A DNA stretch of 35,934 nt from a virus (taxonomy: Duplodnaviria; Caudoviricetes). The stretch is from positions 1 through 35,934 of the IMG/VR virus record IMGVR_UViG_3300007764_000004. One strand, written 5' to 3'. This document shows, one piece after another, positions 1-7,589 of the stretch; the stretch's first letter is position 1; each line of letters opens with the position of its first letter. The notes beneath the pieces are model-generated. The model had not been told where the DNA came from, did not search any database, and was given only the letters and a program-made list of their open reading frames with translations. A program made the translations under genes and the position numbers.

Positions 1-65
1 CCCGCGACGAAGAAATGGATCTTAAACCAGGAAGCGGTTAAATAACACTTAAAAATAAGTTAATT

Positions 66-212
66 ATGTCGAAGGCCGGCAGAACCGGAAAGGATATCGC
101 GATCGCGATTTTATTCTTTCTTCTTATTTCGATCGCGATAACTTGCGGACGAAGTATCCAGAACGATAACCAGGACCGTCCCCCGTCCATAAATGTTTTA
201 ATCGATGAATGA
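66..212 (+). CDS. Small membrane or lipoprotein-like protein (48 aa, not in ORF track)
   Basis: ATG at 66, reads MSKAGRTGKDIAIAILFFLLISIAITCGRSIQ...; hydrophobic stretch ending in Cys; TGA overlaps next ATG (ATGA at 209-212). Confidence 0.5.
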   Translation: MSKAGRTGKDIAIAILFFLLISIAITCGRSIQNDNQDRPPSINVLIDE

Positions 213-775
213 AGGAAAAAGAAGTCTGGACCGTCGAACAGTACAGACAGTATGTGTCGGGGCGTTCGTTTTTTAAATCATCCCCGAAGAAGAATTCCCG
301 GCCGACGAAGCCTTATTCCTGGGACGTCCCCGAACCCTACGTCGAAGGATATCGCCCGAAGATATTATCCCATATTCGGCCCGACTTATTGATCTGGGCC
401 CCGACGATCGGAAAGTCGACGAATAAAACGAACGGTCGAGAACACTGGAAGAAACGGGACGACGACGTTAAGTTCTGGCAGGGGGTCGCAGCCGACGCAG
501 TTCGCCGGCAGAAAATACGACCAGTTAACGGTCCAGTCTTCGTCTTTTATTACCTTCTATTCGGGACCGATCGGAACGTCTTCGACTGGACGAACTGTTC
601 GAATACTGCGAAGTTATTCGAAGACGGACTGGTTAAGGCCGGCATATTTCCCGACGATAAAAAGGAATTTATCGACTGGGGGGGACTGGTTCCCCAGGCT
701 ATCCCTTATCTGGTAAGTTATACGATCGTCGAAATCTATGAACTGGAAAACCTGGATAATCGCCTGGGTCGTTAG
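209..775 (+). CDS. rusA: RusA-like Holliday junction resolvase
   Basis: C-terminal FDWTN...KLFEDGLVKAGIFPDD matches the RusA D-x-x-N..K...D.L...G...DD pattern; position typical of the post-replication region. Confidence 0.65.
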   Translation: MKEKEVWTVEQYRQYVSGRSFFKSSPKKNSRPTKPYSWDVPEPYVEGYRPKILSHIRPDLLIWAPTIGKSTNKTNGREHWKKRDDDVKFWQGVAADAVRRQKIRPVNGPVFVFYYLLFGTDRNVFDWTNCSNTAKLFEDGLVKAGIFPDDKKEFIDWGGLVPQAIPYLVSYTIVEIYELENLDNRLGR

Positions 776-1181
776 CCCCTTCGCCCTGGCCCTGGTCTGG
801 GTCGTCTTAATGGAATTATTCCGTTACTCGTTAATTAAACACGCCCTTAATACCATGTTAAAAGATTTCTTTTTTAATGTCCGACGTGCGTTCGCCTTTT
901 TTACTTCGTCTTTCGCGAACCCGACGATTCCGATTTTCTGGTTTTTCTTCCTGGCCCTGGTCTTTCTGTCTGCCGGCCTGTTCGATCAATCCAGAAGGGT
1001 CCGACGTCTGGAACTGTATATCGAACAACAGGCAACCGAAACCGGCCAGGACCGTTTACAATTATGGAAGGCCGTTTCCGTCCTTCACGATACCCTTAAC
1101 CCCCCAGATTCGATTTATCATAAATACGATTTCCCAGGGCGAATGCCCCCCGATTCTTTATTCATCGAGCGACCCGAATAA
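738..1181 (+). CDS. Hypothetical membrane protein (two hydrophobic segments)
   Basis: WIIAWVVSPFALALVWVVL and IFWFFFLALVFLSAGL; stop abuts the MTase ATG; alternative start at 855. Confidence 0.6.
   Translation: MNWKTWIIAWVVSPFALALVWVVLMELFRYSLIKHALNTMLKDFFFNVRRAFAFFTSSFANPTIPIFWFFFLALVFLSAGLFDQSRRVRRLELYIEQQATETGQDRLQLWKAVSVLHDTLNPPDSIYHKYDFPGRMPPDSLFIERPE
837..851 (+). repeat. Dispersed 15-bp motif AAACACGCCCTTAAT, copy 1
   Basis: Identical at 33017(+), 18690(-) and 23242(-); 2-mismatch copies at 1971(+) and 34697(+). Confidence 0.85.
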
Positions 1182-1994
1182 ATGAACGACGACTCATTAA
1201 CCTGCGGTTCGATATTTTCCGGAATCGGGGGCCTGGATCTGGGCTTCGAAGAAGAAGGTTTCGAAACTTTATGGCAGATCGAAAAGGATCCAGCCTGTCG
1301 AACCCGATTAAAAAAAAGGTTTCCTTATGCAGAACAATTCGAAGACGTCTTCGACGTCGACGGTCGATCACTTCGGCCAGTTTCAGTTATTCACGGGGGC
1401 TTCCCCTGCCAGCCCTTTGCAACCGTTGGAAAAAGAAAAGGCGATAAGGACGACCGTTTTCTATGGCCGGAAATGCGTCGAATCATTGAACAGAACGAAC
1501 CCGAATGGGTCGTCGCTGAAAACGTTCCAGGAATTCTTACTGGTAAACTGGAAGCCGTATTCGAAACGATCTGCCGTTCGCTGGAAGAATTATCGTTCGA
1601 AGTCTGGCCGGTTATTCTCCCGACTTTATCCGTCGACGGCCCGACGATTCGGGAAAGGGTCTTTATCATTGCCAGAAATCGCAAGAACAGTCAACGAAGA
1701 ATTCGTAATCTGGCCGACGCCCCTGTCGAGTCTTCGAAGCGGACGCGGGGGGACGCCCCAACGGGTCGAAGCCGGCCCGAACGTATCGTTTACCCTTCAC
1801 GACTTCGTGCTGTGGTACGAACGGGAAGTCCAGGGGAATCCGGAATCGTCTGGCCCGATGAACCCCGAGTGGGTCGAATGGCTTATGGGGTTCCCGACCG
1901 GCTGGACCGACTTGGAGCAATAGGGAATGCAGTCTGTCCGATCCTGGCCCGTGTTCTGGCCCAGGGAATTAAACACGCCATAAATACAGATTAA
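1182..1994 (+). CDS. DNA (cytosine-5)-methyltransferase, alpha polypeptide (motifs I-VIII and X)
   Basis: FSGIGG (I), GFPCQPF (IV, catalytic PC), ENV (VI), RERVFIIA (VIII), AIGNAV (X); no motif IX in this frame. Confidence 0.93.
   Translation: MNDDSLTCGSIFSGIGGLDLGFEEEGFETLWQIEKDPACRTRLKKRFPYAEQFEDVFDVDGRSLRPVSVIHGGFPCQPFATVGKRKGDKDDRFLWPEMRRIIEQNEPEWVVAENVPGILTGKLEAVFETICRSLEELSFEVWPVILPTLSVDGPTIRERVFIIARNRKNSQRRIRNLADAPVESSKRTRGDAPTGRSRPERIVYPSRLRAVVRTGSPGESGIVWPDEPRVGRMAYGVPDRLDRLGAIGNAVCPILARVLAQGIKHAINTD
1327..1923 (+). CDS. C5 methyltransferase beta polypeptide in the +1 frame (motif IX), nested in the alpha gene
   Basis: Ends MNPEWVEWLMGFPTGWTDLEQ = motif IX-type LxGFPxxW; WPTP segment upstream; same arrangement as M.EcoHK31I. 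True start uncertain. Confidence 0.75.
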   Translation: MQNNSKTSSTSTVDHFGQFQLFTGASPASPLQPLEKEKAIRTTVFYGRKCVESLNRTNPNGSSLKTFQEFLLVNWKPYSKRSAVRWKNYRSKSGRLFSRLYPSTARRFGKGSLSLPEIARTVNEEFVIWPTPLSSLRSGRGGTPQRVEAGPNVSFTLHDFVLWYEREVQGNPESSGPMNPEWVEWLMGFPTGWTDLEQ

Positions 1995-1998
1995 AGAC

Positions 1999-2036
1999 GA
2001 AGGCCCAGGAAAACGGACGTCCCTGGGCCTTCTTTG
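1999..2036. terminator. Intrinsic terminator hairpin between convergent transcription units
   Basis: GAAGGCCCAGG (1999-2009) pairs with CCTGGGCCTTC (2022-2032), followed by TTTG; a second hairpin GGCCGGCG/CGCCGGCC lies at 2041-2065. Confidence 0.65.
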
Positions 2037-2084
2037 ATATGGCCGGCGAATCCACCCCGCCGGCCTTCCCGGTTGAATATCGAT

Positions 2085-2294
2085 TTACCCCGCGTTTTCC
2101 TTTTCCCGTTTTCCGACCAGGAATCGAACGACCCCCAGGCCGACCATAACCAGGAAATTCCCCCCGACGACCAGGGCGTCCCCGATCGTTAAGGTCCCGT
2201 CCTGCAGGACGGAAACGTCCAGGCCAGGAACCAGGGCCAGGGCTGCGGCTGCGATAACCAGAACAATCGAACCGTTAAGAAGAACCTTTTCCAT
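2085..2294 (-). CDS. Small two-TM protein, holin-like
   Basis: 69 aa, two hydrophobic helices, charged C-terminus GKREKENAG; last gene of the late operon. Confidence 0.5.
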   Translation of the reverse strand: MEKVLLNGSIVLVIAAAALALVPGLDVSVLQDGTLTIGDALVVGGNFLVMVGLGVVRFLVGKREKENAG

Positions 2295-2447
2295 AATAAG
2301 TCGGGGCTATTTAAAAGGAAGTCGGCCAGGGGGTAAAGTGCGACCGAAACCCCCTGGCCTAGAACGCGACCCATTAACACGCGACCCGAAAACGGTCGTT
2401 ATAGATGGGTTTTCAATGATACAAACATATTTTGTACAGTACAAGTT

Positions 2448-2813
2448 TCACGGATTCCCCTGGTCCGGATTCTTAATTCTGTTTTCGATATTCCTTCCGA
2501 CCAGTTTAACGGTTTCGTCTAGTTGGTCGACGGATTCCTTAAGCTCGCGAACGTCGAATTTTATGTCGTCGACGTCCCGTTCCAGCCCCGAAACCCTGGA
2601 CGTATTATTCCCGACGATCGGTTCCAGTTTATCGTTTAAGTTATCCAGGGTTTTTTCGATCGCTGAAAGTTTAACTTCCTGGACGGTCTGGGCCTTATCG
2701 ACCTGCAGAAGAAGGGCCGATCCCCCCAGAACGATCGCGATTAATATTCCGGAAAGAATACCCAGGGTCCAGCGAATTACGTAAGTCGGTTGTTTGTTTG
2801 CGTCGTCTGGCAT
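2448..2813 (-). CDS. Membrane-anchored coiled-coil protein (lysis-region hypothetical)
   Basis: N-terminal TM (WTLGILSGILIAIVLGGSALLL) followed by a heptad-rich tail. Confidence 0.6.
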   Translation of the reverse strand: MPDDANKQPTYVIRWTLGILSGILIAIVLGGSALLLQVDKAQTVQEVKLSAIEKTLDNLNDKLEPIVGNNTSRVSGLERDVDDIKFDVRELKESVDQLDETVKLVGRNIENRIKNPDQGNP

Positions 2814-2822
2814 AGATCCCCC

Positions 2823-5800
2823 TTAAGACGTTGTAAAAGGTTTTTTCGTTGTAAGTGTTAGGGCGTTCGAAGTCGACCTGTTCTGGGTTATGTTCGCGTC
2901 CCCGACGTTCCAGGACCATATCCTTTCACCGTCGCAGCCGACCCAGACCATTGCGTCTTCGAATTCGAAGTAATCGATATAAATCGAATTACTTAAGGGG
3001 GCATTCCCGGCGACTGTCGAAGCGTTCGTCGGGTTGTTTATTGTTACGGGGTTATACTGATAAACTGCGGACCCGATAATCCTATATCCGACCGAATTCG
3101 AGTCGTCGACAGTTCCCCCGCGTTGATTGATTCCAGAAGCCGTCTGTAAAAATTCTGCGGCCCCTGCGTCGTCCGCGTCGAATCGATAAAGCGAATTCCC
3201 GTCCCAGGTCCATATATAATTCGTCCCCCCGATCGTCCCGACTGCCTGGGGGCCCTGGGTTATGCTGTTCGTCTGCCAGCGACTTTCGAAGTTCTGGATC
3301 GCAGATCCGGCCAGGGTATAAATATAAATGTTATGCTGGAAGGTCCCGACCCGATGGGTCCCCAGGATTATCCTGTCGTTTTTATTATCGATATGGATCC
3401 TTTCCAGGTCGGTAAATCCAGAATCGAAAACCTGTTCGAAATCCGATCCGTCGTACTTCCATTTATAAACGATCCCCCCCGTCGATAACCCATAGATCGT
3501 TAACGTCGGAACGTGAATCGCGATATCTAAAATCGAATATGGGGACAGGTCCAGCCCAGTCCCGATTTCTTCCGAAAAGTCGCCAGACAGGGTTTTAAAT
3601 TCTTCCGTATCGGTATCGACGAAGAAGATTTCGGGGGCCAGATCGGACCAGTCGACCGTCGTCGCCTGGGCGTCCGGATCGCTACAGTCGATACATTCCC
3701 CATTCCTGGGGGCGACCTTCTGGCCGGCATAATCGACCGTCGCGCGCGGAATCTCAAAAGCGGACGTTACCGTCCATTCGACGGTCCAGGTTTCGTCGGG
3801 GATCGTCGCGGATAAGTCGTTCCCCATAGTCTTCGTAAAGGTTTCCAGGACGATACCAGAAAACGATTTACAGACCAGGGTCCCGGCCCAGTTTCCGGTT
3901 AAGACTAAGCGAAGCCCCTGGACGGGGAAGGTATAGGAAAGAAAAGCCGACGTTCCAGAGAAACGACCGAAGCCGTCGACGGAATCGCCTTCCGAAACGA
4001 CCCATAACGGACCGACGAAATCGTCGTCGCGTCGGCCTTTCAGTTCCCATACAGGGGCAGAACCCGAACCCGATCCAGACCCAGAACCCAGTCCGGCGCC
4101 CGAACCGATTCCCCCAGAACCCGACCCCGAACCGATTCCCCCAGAACCCGACCCGACGCCAGCTGGCGTTTCTGGGTCGCGTTCTGTTGCTACGGTCATA
4201 TTCCAGGGGAAGCATTCCAGGACGTTCGCGGACTGACAGATCGCGGACGACTTATGTCGGGAAACGGTTTCGAATCTGGCCCCCGCGAACTGGCCGGCCC
4301 CGCGTCGGACCGGAATAAGACTTCCTTTCGTGTCGACGAACCAGGACTGGACGACGGACTTCCCGATCCCGAAGATCCGGAATTCGCAGCCCTGGTTAAT
4401 CATTTTTTTCAAATGATGAATCTGGGACGACCGGATTAAATCCAGGCCGAACGAATCATCCTTCGAAATGATTTCGGCCCGTCCCCCGTCGAAGTAATCG
4501 GTCGACGACGTCGGGGTCCCTATGTTAAGGGCTTCGTTTCCCATTACGTCCAGGACGTTCCCCGTTCTAGGTTGCCATATAACGATCCGGTCGTAACCGT
4601 CGCGATGGATCGTCCCGTAACATGCTTCTTCTGGGCTTCCCCCAGACCCAGAACCCGACCCAGGGAAGACGCCCCCAGACCCAGAACCCGACCCAGGGAA
4701 GACGCCCCCAGACCCAGAACCCGACCCCGCAGGGACGCAGCCGGTCCCCTGGCCGTCCCCGTCCCCGTCTGTCGGACAGTAAATCGCGTTCCAGTATGTC
4801 GTCGGGTCGTTGGGGTTTCGGGAATACGTTATGTGTTGGGCCGTCGACCAGTTATCGCGGACGATCCAGACGGCCTTTAATTTCCCCGGCCATTCCTCCG
4901 TAATAGTAGAAGGCCGGCTTCCTGCCGACGTCTGGGTCGCCCCCAGGATAATCGGATTCGAATTCGCGAATAGCGTTCCAGCGATTGATCCCGAACCGAT
5001 TAACGTTCCCCCCGACCAGTATTCGATATCGACATTCGACCCGTTCTTAACGAGTTTTGCGCTTACTTGATACCATGTTCCAGTCGAAAAATTCGACGAC
5101 CTTCCGACCGTTACCCCCTTAAATCCCGACGAATAAAAGTAAGTGTTTATTTCGTCGGGGGCGTTATTAAACGACTGGCCGTAATTCGTCCCCAGGCCGA
5201 TTCGTTTGTTAATGATTCCACAAAAGCCGGACGACGGGAAAGACGTATAATTCACCATATAGTGCATTATTACGTTATCCGTAATATCCAGGGAATCCGC
5301 GTCCGCGACTACTGCGTAATCGTCGACCCCGTCGAACTCCATCGAATTAATACCGAAGGGGGCGTCGGAAACGGACGCGGCCCCCGTCGTTTCATTATCC
5401 GCGTCGTTTTGATTCCCAGACATATCGGGGAAGATATCCCCAGACTGGTCGCCCCCATTAATCCCCATCTTCCATTTATACGGGACGACAGAATCGGCCC
5501 CGTGTTGGCCGTCCCTGGCTGGCTGCAGGATCGACCCGTCCCCAGAACCAGATCCAAAGATTTCCCCAGACCCCAGAAGGCCGTCCGGTTTCCACCAAAG
5601 GAAGACCCCGTTTTCCCGGCCAGGGTCGCCAGATCCAGATCCAGATCCCCAGGGGCCAGGGAAGGGGCCCCCAGATCCCGACCCTTCGTTCGGATAAAGG
5701 GTCGGTTCCCTGGTCCAGAATTCGACTTTTGAAAGGTTCGGGTTATTGTTCAGACTTAAATAAAACTTCCCTGGAAGGGGTTCGGCCCCGTCGACGTCCC

Positions 5801-6659
5801 AGGAAAAGCGAAGCGACCCTTCGTCGAAGACGTTCGGGCCGTCCCCGTCCAGTCCTTCGAAAACATAGTCGATCAAAACATTATGATCGATTACGACCGG
5901 ATTCCCTGGAAGGGGGATCGGCCCTTCGATCATATCCGCAGTTACGGGGATAAATACCTTTCTGGCCCCCGATCCTGGCTTCGCGTAATCGCGTTGCAAT
6001 AAGCCCAGGCGAATCCCGATCGATACGACGGTCGCGTCCCTTGCGGCCCCCGAGTAAGACCAGGACGTCGTCCCCGTCGCCCCTGCGTTCGCAGTATTCC
6101 AGAAGCCGGCGATCTGGTTTCCCCCAGACCCCGTCGTCGTAACGTCGAAGAATGAAGTAAAACCCGACGCGGGGGTTATGGTCTGGGCCGAATTCGTATC
6201 CAGGGAAACGATACTTATCCATAAGACGTCGTCCGTTTCGAAGGTAAGGGAAGGCCCAGTCGCGGGATTCGAAGCCGAATTAAACTGGATCTGGGGGGTA
6301 ACGTCCAGGCCGTCGTCGCCCCGAATCTGGATAATTACAAAATTCTTTAATTCAGAAGCCGACCCCGACCAGTAATAACCCGTCGTCGAATCGGGGTCTT
6401 CGTCCCTGGGGGTTACAAATTTTTCATAAAGGAAGACCGAAGGGTCGTCGGCATTATGGGAAGCCAGGGGATTAAATCCCGCGTCGTCGCCCCCAGACCC
6501 ATTAAAAAGAATAGGGGGCGAACTTGCGTTCGGGCTTCCATCCGAACCGACGACGGCCAGAAGCCGGTCCCCGACGCGTAACTTTTCGACGGTCGTCGTT
6601 ATGTCGACGGCTGCGGACGAATCGGAAGAAGGGAAAACATTTATTATCTGGGCCGGCAT
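2823..6659 (-). CDS. Large multidomain tail/receptor-binding protein (DUF2341-like, LamG/ConA-like, copy of the upstream tail protein, C-terminal beta-propeller-like region) with Gly-Ser repeats
   Basis: 1278 aa; SMEFDGVDDYAVVADADSLDIT is a LamG-type signature; multiple GSGSG runs; position after the tail-tip genes. Confidence 0.8.
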   Translation of the reverse strand: MPAQIINVFPSSDSSAAVDITTTVEKLRVGDRLLAVVGSDGSPNASSPPILFNGSGGDDAGFNPLASHNADDPSVFLYEKFVTPRDEDPDSTTGYYWSGSASELKNFVIIQIRGDDGLDVTPQIQFNSASNPATGPSLTFETDDVLWISIVSLDTNSAQTITPASGFTSFFDVTTTGSGGNQIAGFWNTANAGATGTTSWSYSGAARDATVVSIGIRLGLLQRDYAKPGSGARKVFIPVTADMIEGPIPLPGNPVVIDHNVLIDYVFEGLDGDGPNVFDEGSLRFSWDVDGAEPLPGKFYLSLNNNPNLSKVEFWTREPTLYPNEGSGSGGPFPGPWGSGSGSGDPGRENGVFLWWKPDGLLGSGEIFGSGSGDGSILQPARDGQHGADSVVPYKWKMGINGGDQSGDIFPDMSGNQNDADNETTGAASVSDAPFGINSMEFDGVDDYAVVADADSLDITDNVIMHYMVNYTSFPSSGFCGIINKRIGLGTNYGQSFNNAPDEINTYFYSSGFKGVTVGRSSNFSTGTWYQVSAKLVKNGSNVDIEYWSGGTLIGSGSIAGTLFANSNPIILGATQTSAGSRPSTITEEWPGKLKAVWIVRDNWSTAQHITYSRNPNDPTTYWNAIYCPTDGDGDGQGTGCVPAGSGSGSGGVFPGSGSGSGGVFPGSGSGSGGSPEEACYGTIHRDGYDRIVIWQPRTGNVLDVMGNEALNIGTPTSSTDYFDGGRAEIISKDDSFGLDLIRSSQIHHLKKMINQGCEFRIFGIGKSVVQSWFVDTKGSLIPVRRGAGQFAGARFETVSRHKSSAICQSANVLECFPWNMTVATERDPETPAGVGSGSGGIGSGSGSGGIGSGAGLGSGSGSGSGSAPVWELKGRRDDDFVGPLWVVSEGDSVDGFGRFSGTSAFLSYTFPVQGLRLVLTGNWAGTLVCKSFSGIVLETFTKTMGNDLSATIPDETWTVEWTVTSAFEIPRATVDYAGQKVAPRNGECIDCSDPDAQATTVDWSDLAPEIFFVDTDTEEFKTLSGDFSEEIGTGLDLSPYSILDIAIHVPTLTIYGLSTGGIVYKWKYDGSDFEQVFDSGFTDLERIHIDNKNDRIILGTHRVGTFQHNIYIYTLAGSAIQNFESRWQTNSITQGPQAVGTIGGTNYIWTWDGNSLYRFDADDAGAAEFLQTASGINQRGGTVDDSNSVGYRIIGSAVYQYNPVTINNPTNASTVAGNAPLSNSIYIDYFEFEDAMVWVGCDGERIWSWNVGDANITQNRSTSNALTLTTKKPFTTS
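4099..4154. repeat. 27-bp perfect tandem repeat x2 (encodes GSGSGGIGS)
   Basis: Unit cccgaaccgattcccccagaacccgac at 4099-4125 and 4126-4152. Confidence 0.9.
4639..4727. repeat. 33-bp perfect tandem repeat x2.7 (encodes GSGSGSGGVFP)
   Basis: Unit cccccagacccagaacccgacccagggaagacg at 4639, 4672 and partially at 4705. Confidence 0.92.
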
Positions 6660-6671
6660 AAACTCGAGTTT

Positions 6672-7586
6672 TTAAGAAGTCCAGGAAGGAATCCCAGTAA
6701 CGACCCCGTCGTCCCCGACATAAAGGCCGACCCTGGGGTCGACGGCCCGACCAGGCGAATCGACGGTAACTTCTGGGATCTGGCCGGCAGAATCGACCGA
6801 TAACCGGATCGTCCAGGTCCCGTCTGGGATTTTAATCGTCTGTTCGGTCGCGTCCGTCTTCGATACGCTGGACAAAAGATTCCCCGACCAGTCGAAACAT
6901 AATAAAGAAAAAAGGACGTCTTCGCCCCCTAGACGAAGGGTCGACCCTTGACAGGGAAGGACCAGATCCAGAATGGGGTTTCCCCCTGCAGACTTCGTTA
7001 ACTGGCCGGCTACGTCGACCGACGCCCCGTCCCCCCTGGGATCCCAGGTCGGCCCTTCGAATCCCTTCCGGTACGTTTCCAGAAGTTTCCAGTTCGACGC
7101 GTCCCCAGACCCGAAAAGAGATCCAGACCCCGATCCGGCTTCCCCTGGAATTAATATCGATTCTGTACATTCCCAGGGAATATTCCCGATCAAATTATCG
7201 GACTGGCCGAAGGCCCCGTCGAAGACGATCGACGAAAGTCTGGCGATCGCTCCGGCCATATTGCCGGCCCCCCGTCTGGCGTCCTGAACGTCCAGGAGTT
7301 CCCCGACTGCCCATATATCGTGTACGGCCATTCCGAAAAGGTAAGCGGTTACAGGCCATTCCAGGTCGGCCATAATGCGAAGATACTGGATATCGCATTC
7401 GCGATGGATCGGGACTTCCAGAAGACGGGTTCGCGAAAGGACGCGTTCGGTCCCGTCGAAGGCCATTCGTTTTTCGTCGACTGTCGGGGACGCGGTATTC
7501 TGGGCCATTAATGCCCCGATATCGACGACCATTCCAGTAACTTCCTGGATAAAAATAATTCTTATATATCCGTCCCTGGCTGGCAT
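6672..7586 (-). CDS. Putative tail-tip/minor tail protein
   Basis: 304 aa in the tail operon; paralogous to an internal domain of 2823..6659; contains EAGSGSGSLFGSGD. Confidence 0.7.
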   Translation of the reverse strand: MPARDGYIRIIFIQEVTGMVVDIGALMAQNTASPTVDEKRMAFDGTERVLSRTRLLEVPIHRECDIQYLRIMADLEWPVTAYLFGMAVHDIWAVGELLDVQDARRGAGNMAGAIARLSSIVFDGAFGQSDNLIGNIPWECTESILIPGEAGSGSGSLFGSGDASNWKLLETYRKGFEGPTWDPRGDGASVDVAGQLTKSAGGNPILDLVLPCQGSTLRLGGEDVLFSLLCFDWSGNLLSSVSKTDATEQTIKIPDGTWTIRLSVDSAGQIPEVTVDSPGRAVDPRVGLYVGDDGVVTGIPSWTS

Positions 7587-7589
7587 AGT

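Noticed and set aside
2338-2784. 148-aa + strand ORF near the repeated element at 2359
   Set aside because: Ser-rich mirror of the - strand coiled-coil gene, and it starts upstream of the element.
4099-4727. Tandem repeats as a possible CRISPR array
   Set aside because: No unique spacers; units are in-frame multiples of 3 within a coding gene.
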